64,000 bases of DNA from a virus. A program made the position numbers and the translations under genes. The notes beneath the pieces are model-generated. The model saw only the letters and a program-made list of their open reading frames with translations. It had not been told where the DNA came from and made no database searches. This document shows, piece by piece, positions 28,092-36,570 of this stretch; position 1 is the first letter of the stretch, and each line of letters begins with the position of its first letter. The stretch is from IMG/VR virus record IMGVR_UViG_3300027868_000008; one strand, written 5' to 3'.

Positions 28092-28707
28092 TTAGCCGGC
28101 TATGAGGTTCCAAGCCGAGGCAAAAAGCACGGCGATGATGCCGGAGCACAGCCCGACAACAAGCCCGCCGGCAATGATGACCATGACGCAACAACCGGTA
28201 TCAACAGGATCACTCATCGGTTTTCTCCGTGGTTTTTGGTGTCTGACGAGTCGTCTCAAAACGGTATCTCCGGTTCAACGTATGTGTCCACTGTCGCGTC
28301 CGTGCTGGGTGTGTCCACAGGAACCGTGGATGGCCCCTTCTCATCCTTGAGGCGGACGCGTCGTGGCTGCCGGGGCGCCTCTTCGCCGCCTTCAAACAGA
28401 TCCAGCAAATGACAGTTAGCCCATATCGAGTCGACGAAGCAGGCCACTATGCAGGCCCAGCCCCAAACCATGCTTCTTGGCATCACGATTTCCTTTGTGT
28501 GTGTGAAATGGCGCTCTCCCGCAGCCACAGAGCCATAGCCCCTATCGCGCTGGTTTGGACATAGCGCGTATATTAGCGAGGAGCGGGTTCCTGCTTGTGG
28601 TCATAGCGAACGCCAAAGCTTGACACAAGAGACAGGGCCGCCGGATGGATTTGCACCATCTACTGGTCAATTACAAATCGACTCCCTCACTAAGTCGGGC
28701 TCGGCGG

Positions 28708-28914
28708 CTAGTAACTTTTGCCAGCAGCGTACCGCTGACGGCGGCTGTGCCGCCCATTGCCGCGATTCCTGCCTTTATAGGTTGGCAGCAACGCGTCGCA
28801 GTTGTTACAGATTAGTCGTAAGTTGCTGAGTGACGAATTGTTTGCACGCCCGTCGATATGGTCCAATACGAGCGGTATAGGCTTGCCCTGCCATTGCTTC
28901 CGTCTGCACAGCAT
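28708..28914 (-). CDS. short HNH endonuclease-like ORF (possibly truncated)
   Basis: LVLDHIDG...N...NLRLICNNCDA resembles HNH core; only 68 aa. Confidence 0.35.
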   Translation of the reverse strand: MLCRRKQWQGKPIPLVLDHIDGRANNSSLSNLRLICNNCDALLPTYKGRNRGNGRHSRRQRYAAGKSY

Positions 28915-28946
28915 GCATTGCCGTCTACACTACACCCGCACACTCA

Positions 28947-29351
28947 TTACACAGTAACCTTTGCGGGGTACTCGGTCCAGGCCTGCTTCCGTATCTCGAG
29001 CTCTGCCACAACAGCCGCCGATGTACTGAACACGTCGCGGAAGCATACCAACTCATGCCGCAGTCCGGCATACCGTTCCACGGTTATTCTAAGACCGTGC
29101 TCGGTAATCGCGTGCGCACAGCGCTCGACAACCCGGCCGGTCTCTATCGTCCAGAACTTGTACGGTAGGCTGGAGATGACATGTTTGTCCGCGGTCTTGA
29201 ACGGAAATGTGGCACGCAGCGTACTGATCTCTTCTTCTGCGGCCTCTATCCACTCCTCCGCCACGGCGATTGCTTTTAGCGCCGTGTCTGACTTGATAGA
29301 GAGCGTGAGCAGCGCCGCAATATCCGTGCCGGTCATTAGAACCTTGCTCAT
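28947..29351 (-). CDS. hypothetical protein
   Basis: 134 aa ORF. Confidence 0.45.
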   Translation of the reverse strand: MSKVLMTGTDIAALLTLSIKSDTALKAIAVAEEWIEAAEEEISTLRATFPFKTADKHVISSLPYKFWTIETGRVVERCAHAITEHGLRITVERYAGLRHELVCFRDVFSTSAAVVAELEIRKQAWTEYPAKVTV

Positions 29352-29412
29352 TCTTTCTCCTTGTCACTGAGTTCCTGTTGCAGCTTGACGCGACGCAAGA
29401 GCTTTATTCGAG

Positions 29413-29497
29413 CGGAACGGGTAGGATTTGAACCTACGTGACTTTCGTCAACTTGTTTTCAAGACAAGGGCCTTTAGCCAGACTCGGCCACCGTTCC
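29413..29497 (-). tRNA. tRNA-Ser (anticodon TGA), type II with long variable arm
   Basis: Hand fold: acceptor GGAACGG/CCGTTCC, anticodon loop CTTGAAA, variable hairpin, T-arm GTAGGTTCAAATCCTAC. Confidence 0.7.
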
Positions 29498-29499
29498 GT

Positions 29500-29620
29500 C
29501 GGCGTGTCGATCAGTGAGTAATCTCGAACCCGACCGACACGCCTTTTGTTGGCGTGCGAAGTTCTCGGCATCCGTTGTTGGCGTCACGGATGAACGACGC
29601 CTATGGTTGCTTCGCACGCC
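29500..29620 (-). ncRNA. structured spacer between tRNA-Ser and tRNA-Val (nested hairpins; possible degenerate tRNA or processing element)
   Basis: GGCGTGTCG..CGACACGCC and GGCGTGCGAAG..CTTCGCACGCC stems; TTCGAGA T-loop-like. Confidence 0.3.
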
Positions 29621-29623
29621 AGT

Positions 29624-29697
29624 AGGCGAGGAGGGACTTGAACCCACGACCGTCCGGATGTAAGCCGGAAGCTCTGCCAGCTGAGCTACTCGCCTAT
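29624..29697 (-). tRNA. tRNA-Val (anticodon TAC)
   Basis: D-arm GCTCAGCTGGCAGAGC, anticodon loop CTTACAT, T-loop TTCAAGT. Confidence 0.6.
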
Positions 29698-29704
29698 CCT
29701 AGAG

Positions 29705-29777
29705 TGGTACGGGGTGGAGTTGAACCGCCGACACCTGGATTTTCAATCCAGTGCTCTACCTGCTGAGCTACCGCACC
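29705..29777 (-). tRNA. tRNA-Phe (anticodon GAA)
   Basis: Acceptor GGTGCGG/CCGTACC, D-arm GCTCAGCAGGTAGAGC, anticodon loop TTGAAAA, T-loop TTCAACT. Confidence 0.7.
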
Positions 29778-30355
29778 TTTTCATCCACGACATAGCCGTG
29801 GTGCTCTAGCACTTCTTTACACAGCTGCAAGAATGCGTCGACAGACATGTCTGCTTTGGCCTTGTTTGCTGCGCTGCAAGCGATACCGAGATTATCTGCC
29901 TCACAGCTACCGCCATCCGCTCGCGGTACGATGTGGTCAAAATGGTACGTTTTTGGTTGCGACAGGTCGATAGGGCGTCCGGTCAAATAACAGGTAGTCG
30001 TCTCCCCGTATTTTTCACGAACAGTGGCTGCTGTGAGCGTATAGCTGCCGCGCTTACCGTAGCGATTACCGTTGACACGTTTACGTTGAAAGTCCCTACG
30101 CTTGTTATGCAGGCGTTGGCTGTCAGTTGTTTTGGCTTCGGGTACATGCTGACGCTTTGCGGGTCGGTTCTTGAAGTTGTCGCACTTCTTGAGCAGGACG
30201 TCATTACGGCGGTAATGCTGCTGGCGGCGCTGCGCTTTGGCTTTCTGTCCCTTGCCGCAATGATATGCAACTGTGCCTTTAGAGCATCCGAGCTCTGCGG
30301 TGATGCGGTTATAGGACCACCCCTTTGCGCGCAGCGCTAGTATCTGTTCTTGCAT
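29768..30355 (-). CDS. HNH homing-type endonuclease with N-terminal HTH
   Basis: N-terminal GWSYNRITAELGCSKGTVAYHC (HTH); C-terminal CYLTGRPIDL...HFDHIVPRADGGS...DNLGIACSAANKAK HNH motif; stop abuts tRNA-Phe 5' end. Confidence 0.75.
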   Translation of the reverse strand: MQEQILALRAKGWSYNRITAELGCSKGTVAYHCGKGQKAKAQRRQQHYRRNDVLLKKCDNFKNRPAKRQHVPEAKTTDSQRLHNKRRDFQRKRVNGNRYGKRGSYTLTAATVREKYGETTTCYLTGRPIDLSQPKTYHFDHIVPRADGGSCEADNLGIACSAANKAKADMSVDAFLQLCKEVLEHHGYVVDEKVR

Positions 30356-30417
30356 ACTTTGCTCCTTACCCCAAGCATAGCATGTTTAGGGTACGAAGAA
30401 AAGAGCAAGAAATTAAG

Positions 30418-30489
30418 CGAGCCATAGAGGAGTCGAACCCCTTCTTGCAGATCCGTAATCTGCCGTGCGATCCATCACACTCATAGCCC
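30418..30489 (-). tRNA. tRNA-Arg (anticodon ACG)
   Basis: Acceptor GGGCTAT/ATGGCTC (two G.U), anticodon loop TTACGGA, T-loop TTCGACT. Confidence 0.55.
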
Positions 30490-30491
30490 AC

Positions 30492-30563
30492 AACCCGGCC
30501 AAGACTTGAACTTGGAACCTCAGGGACCAAAACCCTGCGCTCTGCCAATTGAGCTACCGGGTA
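30492..30563 (-). tRNA. tRNA-Gln (anticodon TTG)
   Basis: D-arm GCTCAATTGGCAGAGC, anticodon stem CAGGG/CCCTG loop TTTTGGT, T-arm CCAAGTTCAAGTCTTGG. Confidence 0.7.
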
Positions 30564-30570
30564 CCGTTGT

Positions 30571-30843
30571 TCATACAGGCCCGTTGGGCAACTTGAAGAT
30601 TGCCAGCGCTGTGCCGATAACACCCGAAAGGACTACGGCCCATCCAGCCGCTCCGTAAGCAACGCACTGGATAAAACTCTCTTCGGTATTCGGGTTCACC
30701 CAGCCGACGAACCCGCACAGCAGCGATAACACCAGTACCACCAGGATACCGATGACGCCGCCAGCGAAGCCGACTAGCGCCGTAATGGCGCGGTCTGTCC
30801 ATACGCTGTTCATCGCATCTCCGTACTGTGGCCAAGTCGCCAC
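30571..30843 (-). CDS. small membrane protein (two TM segments)
   Basis: 90 aa, hydrophobic. Confidence 0.45.
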   Translation of the reverse strand: MATWPQYGDAMNSVWTDRAITALVGFAGGVIGILVVLVLSLLCGFVGWVNPNTEESFIQCVAYGAAGWAVVLSGVIGTALAIFKLPNGPV

Positions 30844-31043
30844 GCTTCGTACCCGGGGTGCTTGTAGCTCCGGTTTCTGTTGGCCATGTACCTGTCCAAG
30901 CTGCTCGCCTGGCAGGACGCCACCTTGACGCTACCAGGCGTAGCGTTGCCGCCCGGGCCCAGGCCCCTGTTTCTGCGCTTCCACTCGTGCTTGTAGGCCT
31001 TCCTGGCCTTCTCCTTGTCAGCTTTCGTCTGCTGCAATGCCAC
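30810..31043 (-). CDS. hypothetical basic protein
   Basis: 77 aa ORF. Confidence 0.3.
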   Translation of the reverse strand: MALQQTKADKEKARKAYKHEWKRRNRGLGPGGNATPGSVKVASCQASSLDRYMANRNRSYKHPGYEAWRLGHSTEMR

Positions 31044-31353
31044 GGTCGCTCTCCTTTTTTAGCTCTGGAAGGGTGAGCATGGCTACGTTCAGCCGTTGCT
31101 CTGTTTCTCTCCGGACGTTCGCCGCGGTCTCCGGCGTAGGGTCATCAAACATGTCCCTGAGGTGGGCGGCACGTTCCCGTCGATACAACGCCTGTAGCGC
31201 TGTGATCTGGCTCTGATGCTTGCGGTTGTCTGCCTCGTAGTTGGCACGCAAGGTCTCGAGAGCAGCGGTAAGCCGTGCAACCTCGCAGGTTTGCTTGACT
31301 AGCGCTTCGCGGCGACGACGGTTAGCGATTGCCTGCTTTATGGCGAAAAGCAT
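31018..31353 (-). CDS. coiled-coil hypothetical protein
   Basis: 111 aa ORF. Confidence 0.4.
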   Translation of the reverse strand: MLFAIKQAIANRRRREALVKQTCEVARLTAALETLRANYEADNRKHQSQITALQALYRRERAAHLRDMFDDPTPETAANVRRETEQRLNVAMLTLPELKKESDRGIAADES

Positions 31354-31583
31354 TGCTTGTCCATCTCCTTGGCCTGGCGCTCAATATCGTCGTTGTGCGC
31401 GCGTCGCCGCCGCCTGAGCAGTTCAGCCGTGTATCGACCACACTCGCACCTGCACATGTGCGCCATTACGACGGGATCCAAATTGTACCGCCAGTTGAAC
31501 TCGTCTTTGGGCTGCCGCAAGAACTGCCACCAGACCCAGATCCGCATCCATAGCGGCGTCCGCTTGTTCCAGATGCGTGTCAT
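31338..31583 (-). CDS. hypothetical protein (Trp/Cys-rich)
   Basis: 81 aa ORF with 4-nt overlaps. Confidence 0.35.
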   Translation of the reverse strand: MTRIWNKRTPLWMRIWVWWQFLRQPKDEFNWRYNLDPVVMAHMCRCECGRYTAELLRRRRRAHNDDIERQAKEMDKQCFSP

Positions 31584-32299
31584 TCATCGGCCTCCCCGGC
31601 AGATTGGTGCGCCGCGGCCCAAGCTTGCTCCTGCTCCGCCAGCTGCTGCTCCAGCTGTCGCTCCAGCTGTTCGATCCTGCGATCCTTGGCTGCAAGCAGC
31701 TCATTGGCCTCATTGGCGATGTCTCGTGCGGGATTCGGGATCTTTACGAGCTCCAGCAGCCGATTGAACTGGGCCGTCATCGCGCGAATACGCGCATCTG
31801 TTGCCGCCTGATGGGCAAGCAGCGCGCCGCGCTCTGCGTCCCAAGTCTTGGGCGTATCCGTATCGGGTGCAACTGCTACCTGCGCACGCACGGCTTCGAG
31901 CGTTACCCCGAGGCCCGTCAGCACCTGGGCCGCGACGCCTTCCTGCTCGCGCAGCAGGCCGATCAGGACCTGCTCGGTGCTCACGTAGTTGAACTCGGTA
32001 ACTCGGGCCTCCCCTTGCGCGTACTCGATGACCCTTTTAGCCCTGGGCGTTTGCGGTAGCTTGCCCACGGTGCCCATGTCGGGCCCGCTATGCATAAGCT
32101 TCTCTACCTCGAGCCGGACTTTCCGCGGATCGACGTCGAGGTTCTTCAGTATGTTGACTGCGACCTCGCCGTCCCCTTTGACCAGCCCAAGCAGGATGTG
32201 CTCGGTGCCGATGTATTCGTGATTGAACCGCTGCGCCTCTTTGTTGGCCCGCTGGAACAACCTCCTCGCATCATCTGTGAACCGCTCGTACATGAGCAT
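31580..32299 (-). CDS. Clp N-terminal (Clp_N) double-repeat domain protein with C-terminal coiled coil
   Basis: Two repeats of ERFTDDARRLFQRANKEAQRFNHEYIGTEHILLGL-type ClpA/B/C N-domain signature; no AAA+ module. Confidence 0.7.
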   Translation of the reverse strand: MLMYERFTDDARRLFQRANKEAQRFNHEYIGTEHILLGLVKGDGEVAVNILKNLDVDPRKVRLEVEKLMHSGPDMGTVGKLPQTPRAKRVIEYAQGEARVTEFNYVSTEQVLIGLLREQEGVAAQVLTGLGVTLEAVRAQVAVAPDTDTPKTWDAERGALLAHQAATDARIRAMTAQFNRLLELVKIPNPARDIANEANELLAAKDRRIEQLERQLEQQLAEQEQAWAAAHQSAGEADE

Positions 32300-32410
32300 C
32301 TCCTTTAGTCATTCAAGTAGGTAAGTGGCGCTCTCAGCCCTCTCTGGTACACACCGCCGCTCCTCAACGCCATCGTCCAGCCCAAGCGGCCCCGTGATCT
32401 GGATTCCCAA

Positions 32411-32485
32411 TAGTCCGGGTAGGATTCGAACCTACAACCGCCCGGTTTTGAGCCGGGCCGCTCTGCCAATTGGACGCACCGGACC
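32411..32485 (-). tRNA. tRNA, anticodon CAA (Leu-type codon UUG) but short variable arm
   Basis: T-arm GTAGGTTCGAATCCTAC, anticodon stem CCCGG/CCGGG loop CTCAAAA, D-loop CAATTGGCAG with 3-bp D-stem. Confidence 0.5.
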
Positions 32486-32489
32486 GTAG

Positions 32490-32563
32490 TGGCCCAGGTG
32501 GGATTCGAACCCACAGCATCCCGGATTTTAAGTCCAGGTGGTCTGCCACTTGCCTACTGGGCA
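32490..32563 (-). tRNA. tRNA, anticodon TAA (Leu-type codon UUA), short variable arm, non-canonical D-arm
   Basis: T-arm GTGGGTTCGAATCCCAC, loop CTTAAAA, variable GATGCT; paralog of 32736..32809. Confidence 0.45.
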
Positions 32564-32568
32564 TCGAG

Positions 32569-32642
32569 TAGGCCGAACAGGAGTCGAACCCGCACTGGCT
32601 AGGCCCTCGACCTAGCGCCTCTGCCAATTGGGCTATCGGCCC
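32569..32642 (-). tRNA. tRNA, anticodon GAG (Leu-type codon CUC), short variable arm
   Basis: Acceptor GGGCCGA/TCGGCCT, D-loop AATTGGCAG, anticodon loop TCGAGGG (C33), T-loop TTCGACT. Confidence 0.4.
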
Positions 32643-32645
32643 CAA

Positions 32646-32735
32646 TGGGAAATGGAGGAGTCGCACCTCTTGGTGACCGCCCGACATAATGCCAACAGAT
32701 TTACAGTCTGCCGTCGGGAACATCGCCCTGCTGAA
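32646..32735 (-). pseudogene. degenerate tRNA-Tyr-like element (anticodon GTA)
   Basis: GTTCCCGA...CAGACTGTAAATCTG matches bacterial tRNA-Tyr 5' half; D-arm truncated, T-loop TGCGACT, acceptor pairing poor. Confidence 0.35.
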
Positions 32736-32809
32736 TGGCTCAGGTGAGATTCGAACTCACAGCATCCCTGGTTCTAAGCCAAGGTGGTCTGCCAGTTGCC
32801 TACCGAGCC
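32736..32809 (-). tRNA. tRNA, anticodon TAG (Leu-type codon CUA), short variable arm
   Basis: Acceptor GGCTCGG/CTGAGCC, loop CTTAGAA, variable GATGCT, T-arm GTGAGTTCGAATCTCAC. Confidence 0.45.
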
Positions 32810-32841
32810 GGCTTCTGCCGGTTCTACGCTGCAGTCAGCTC

Positions 32842-33201
32842 TCAGATGGCCACGGGTGTACCGTCCGGGCCTTCGAGCTGTATCATTGTAGGGCATCGTT
32901 TCGGGATTACAAAGGCCGCAAAGCGAAAACCCTTGCCTTCGGTTGGGCGCTCATGCAGCGCTGTGGCGAAGCTCATGTTGTCGACACCGAGGGGCATTGC
33001 TGGCCCCCAGTAGACAGCATCAAGGTGGTTGGTGTAATGCCCGCCGCTTTTCTTGCAGCTACATGTCCGTGTCTCGCTTCGCAGCTTGACAATGTCGCCG
33101 CAGGCATCACAAAAGAGCAATTTCAAGTGCTGGTTCCTTGCTGCTGTCGTTGATGGTGGGCCTCGACCTCGGCAATGCGTACCTTGCGGCAAGCAGGGCA
33201 A
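32842..33201 (-). CDS. Cys-rich hypothetical protein (start probably internal/alternative)
   Basis: 119 aa ORF; overlaps upstream gene by about 80 nt. Confidence 0.35.
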   Translation of the reverse strand: MPCLPQGTHCRGRGPPSTTAARNQHLKLLFCDACGDIVKLRSETRTCSCKKSGGHYTNHLDAVYWGPAMPLGVDNMSFATALHERPTEGKGFRFAAFVIPKRCPTMIQLEGPDGTPVAI

Positions 33202-33551
33202 AGCGATTTAAGCCATCGCGGCCCGCATGCCTTGACGTCATCAGCACTGCCGCAGACCTCGCAAACCTTGTATGCTTGCGCCTCGGCCGCCGATATTAGA
33301 TCGTGGACTGCTGAGCTAGCGGCGCCAACGTAGAAGCGCAGGCCGCCGAACTTCTCCTTAATCTGGAAGATCGCGACGTCCTCGCTGTTAGGCTGCGCCG
33401 TAATGTCGGCGCACAGCTTGTCGAGCAGGTCGTACCACCCGTCGCCGCAACCAACTCCGTCCACCATACGCGTTTGTTGCGTATCGCCGTGGCGGTCGCG
33501 GAAGAGCCCCGGGTACTTAGTGAACAGTTGCTGCTCCAGTTCCTCTCTCAT
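33123..33551 (-). CDS. hypothetical protein (CxxC pairs)
   Basis: 142 aa ORF. Confidence 0.45.
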   Translation of the reverse strand: MREELEQQLFTKYPGLFRDRHGDTQQTRMVDGVGCGDGWYDLLDKLCADITAQPNSEDVAIFQIKEKFGGLRFYVGAASSAVHDLISAAEAQAYKVCEVCGSADDVKACGPRWLKSLCPACRKVRIAEVEAHHQRQQQGTST

Positions 33552-33722
33552 CTCGAATCCTCACTCTCCTTAGGTTACGTAAAGGCGGTGATGCCTGCGA
33601 CACACGGTTGAAGTGGCCCGCAGACCAGCGATTGCACCACTTAATCAGGTACGGCGCGCTGAGTTTGATGTCTGGATGTTCGTGGTCATGGCCTTTGCTC
33701 AGGTCAATGGCTTTGAGCGAGA

Positions 33723-34313
33723 TCATGTCCACATGGACCGGTAAATGGCAACAAGCCTGTGCATGTGTCGCTTCAGCGAGTTCTCCACGGCTATGTCATA
33801 GAAGCTGTACCACTCTGACAGCTCCTTAGCGCGCTGCGCGTCTTCGGGTATGCCATACGTCGGTTTCCACTGGCATATCCCGGGCCTATCGGGTATGTCC
33901 TGAAAGTGGCTAATCAGGTCGAGCTTCTCTCGTTCTTCGTGGATGTACTCAGCGAGCTCCTCGTACCTCTTGTTGTACTTCTTGTGCCACCAGTCATAGA
34001 GCTCCTGCATCTCGTCGCGGACGTACTTCTCTTCGCCGGCCACAGTGATCATGTGCGCATTCTCGCCGTACCACTCTACGTGGCCATCAGGGCCGCACTC
34101 TCCTTCGATGAACTGCGACAGTATCTCGAACATCATGTGTGGCAAGATGACGCAGCGGTCATGCCAGGTGTGCGACAGGTACCGTGGCTTGATCGTGGTG
34201 TGGCGCTTCCATGCCCAGCACTTGAAGCTGTACCACAGGTTTGCCGGGTGATACCATGGCCGGCAGATACGCTTGAAGCCCTTCCAGAATCCGTCAGCAA
34301 TCACTACGTCCAT
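33723..34313 (-). CDS. hypothetical protein (Trp/His-rich)
   Basis: 196 aa ORF. Confidence 0.45.
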   Translation of the reverse strand: MDVVIADGFWKGFKRICRPWYHPANLWYSFKCWAWKRHTTIKPRYLSHTWHDRCVILPHMMFEILSQFIEGECGPDGHVEWYGENAHMITVAGEEKYVRDEMQELYDWWHKKYNKRYEELAEYIHEEREKLDLISHFQDIPDRPGICQWKPTYGIPEDAQRAKELSEWYSFYDIAVENSLKRHMHRLVAIYRSMWT

Positions 34314-34628
34314 GGTTTACTCCTCTTTGGGTAGGGGCGCATTCTCCCAGCCATTAACATGGCACATCTGAGCAGCTGCACAGTATAGGCATCGGCGGCG
34401 GGGTGGCAGTGATCCAAGGATCTTCACCCATTCGTGAAAACCCAGGCGGCACAGCACCCACTGAATAGCAGCACCAATATGGTTAGTCATCTGTGTTTGG
34501 TGGGCGGCTTCCGGAAACTCCACTTCGGGTCGAAGCCCTTGGCCTCAACGTCAGATCCTGCCCCGCCGACGCGATTACGTCGTAGTAGTCCTTGAAGTCG
34601 CTGATGATCTGCATGCTTTCCTCGCAGG

Positions 34629-34932
34629 TTAGGCTTTGCCGGCGTTTTCGAGCACCTCAGTGAGGGTTTGTGCGTTTAGTGAGTAGATAATTGCTGCATG
34701 TACCCGCTTGCAGTAGGCCTCCGAGCCTGCCGCCAAAATGATTTGGCAATCGTCTACGCTGCGGAACCAGGCGCGGATGATCCACAGATCTGGGTCATTA
34801 ACCGACAGGCCAGGCGGCATGTTGTCTACATCATGCGGCGCCTTGTTTGCCGTATCGTACGCGTCGATAGTGATCAGATCGAAGCCATTGAGATCAGTCA
34901 GTGTGTCACCCTCAAGGGCGATCCAGTTTGCC
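34629..34932 (-). CDS. hypothetical protein
   Basis: Start moved to MANWIALEG with AAAAAGGAGAG RBS; track ORF N-terminus runs through tRNA-Pro. Confidence 0.45.
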
Positions 34933-34973
34933 ATGTGTCTCTCCTTTTTGTAGTGATTGTAAAGTCGGGCATG

Positions 34974-35047
34974 CTGGATTTGAACCAGCGCCTTCCTGCT
35001 CCCAGAGCAGGCGGGATACCAGGCTTCCCCAATGCCCGAGAAATACC
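34974..35047 (-). tRNA. tRNA-Pro (anticodon TGG)
   Basis: Acceptor CGGGCAT/ATGCCCG, D-stem GGGA/TCCC, loop TCTGGGA, T-arm GCTGGTTCAAATCCAGC. Confidence 0.75.
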
Positions 35048-35054
35048 CGGGGCT

Positions 35055-35089
35055 CCCCTTCGGTAGGAAGGAGCCCCGGGCCAAACCAC
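35055..35089. terminator. strong GC hairpin CCCGGGGCTCC-N13-GGAGCCCCGGG
   Basis: 11-bp perfect stem; on minus strand followed by TATTTCT; between palindromic element and tRNA-Pro. Confidence 0.4.
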
Positions 35090-35112
35090 GAATGGTCGTA
35101 GTTTCGTTGATT

Positions 35113-35128
35113 TTGTTCAGCTGAACAA
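35113..35128. promoter_or_regulatory. TTGTTCagctGAACAA palindromic element (copy 3 of 4)
   Basis: Perfect 16-bp palindrome; flanks GATTTTG...GGTTCAGCTAGAC resemble copy 4. Confidence 0.5.
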
Positions 35129-35989
35129 GGTTCAGCTAGACTCGCGTCGTCTCCGCAACGTCTCTTCCTCCAGCTTGTGGATCCATCTGTGGATCTCCAT
35201 TGCAAAAGTCTCTGATGGTGGGTAGAAAGCCCGGAAGCCCCGGGCGTGGCGTGGTAGTGCGCTACTAGCTGAACAGGGCCTCAAAGGCCTCAACGGCTGC
35301 AGGCTGCGGTCCGCGCGACACAGTGCCGCGTGGGCGCGAAATTGCGCGACGATTCCGTCGTGCTGGTCGCCGAGTAGGACCAACGCTCCGGAAGGTTTGT
35401 CGTGCGACCCAGCAATCTTCACAAAGGTCGCCGTACGGGCCAGTAGGCTGGCCACACTTACATGGCATCAGAAGTCTTCGGTCCTCTCTGGGTTGTAGAA
35501 AAAGGCGCTGCTTGGATGCGCGCCCTGGGCTGTACTAACCCTCTGGGCATCCATGAACACTTTCGACACACGGCCAGCCGACGATGTTGCCCCATAGGTG
35601 TTCAGAACCGGACTGAATCAACGGGTTCGGATCGGACTGGCCTTCCCCTACTATGCGTGATTCCTGTCGGATTGCCTTTCGGCCAGCGTCTGTAGAAAGA
35701 AGCGTCGGCTTGGCCCTCGGGGTCCTCAGAAAGGCCCTCTCTCCAAGCACAGATGCTTCGGGTTGCGCCGACTGTCGCAGAGCCCTTACATCCGTTTTTA
35801 AGCCGCTCGCGAACATAGTCCCGCTACCGTCGGCGATAGGGACGAGTTCTGTTCGCTTGAGCTCACTTGCCAGTAGACACGACACTTTACGTACGAAAGA
35901 GTGGAGCATACGTGTTTTGGCAAGAACACGTATGCTCGTATATACTGTAGAGGGAGTAGTGTCTCAAAAATCGGTTCGGCTTGCACAAG

Positions 35990-36570
35990 CGCCGGTGGCG
36001 CTTGGCCGGGATTCGAACCCGTTACAGACCTCCATGCCTTCTCGTTTAGTCAAAGGTCACCGATAAGTGCCCCTGCCGGGTTCGAACCGGCGTCTCCGGG
36101 TGTCCGCCCGGTGTCCTGCCCATTGGACGATTAAGGGACTGGAGTCCGCCCCACGCTAACCTAGTGGAGCGGACTGGTTTCGATACTAGCACTGATGCGT
36201 GCCACATCCTGTATCCGTTTAAGCCGTGGTTTTAGTCTGTCAAACAGATTGTATTACCGTTATACGACCCGGGCTTGTGGGTTGGTTAGCGAGTGCCCGG
36301 GGGAGAGAATCGAACTCCCATCCATGTGTTGTCATGGCACGGCGCTTGATGATGTGGCTGACTGTATCGGGGTTGTCAGCTTGGAGCGAGAATCTGGGTC
36401 TGATGGGCAATGCCTTGCCTCGACCACTGGGCTAGCCGGTGTGATTGTGACCTGACATCCTCATGGAACGTCAGGGAGTATGTTAGTCACCGGCCCTGGG
36501 ACTCGAACCCAGGCTCAAAGGCATGCGCCTCTTAGCCTCAATCTCAGTCTAAGCTTCGAAAAGCCATCAG
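35990..36570 (-). ncRNA. unresolved cluster of tRNA-like / structured RNA elements
   Basis: Minus-strand T-loop signatures at about 36005-36025, 36078-36096, 36301-36317 and 36490-36507; complementary acceptor halves could not be paired by eye. Confidence 0.3.

Noticed and set aside
28102-28528. Small ORFs after terminase (28102..28350 +, 28210..28395 -, 28256..28528 -)
   Set aside because: Mutually overlapping in three frames with low-complexity translations. At most one tiny hydrophobic peptide (about 28093..28215, minus) may be real. Not called.
30366-30623. 85-aa minus-strand ORF from the ORF track
   Set aside because: Reads straight through tRNA-Arg and tRNA-Gln; artefact.
32305-32723. 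ORFs 32305..32514 and 32364..32723
   Set aside because: Lie across the tandem tRNA array.
34898-35205. Several ORFs (34898..35089, 34901..35101, 34912..35205) around 35 kb
   Set aside because: They overlap tRNA-Pro, the GC hairpin and the palindromic element. Their protein sequences are low-complexity.
35132-35909. ORFs 35132..35455, 35265..35468, 35535..35909
   Set aside because: Arg/Ala/Pro-rich translations typical of out-of-frame GC-rich DNA. The region may instead be noncoding leader/spacer around the tRNA-like cluster.
35990-36210. tmRNA gene
   Set aside because: T-arm-like pieces are present, but I found no tmRNA 5' acceptor/PK architecture and no tag-peptide reading frame.
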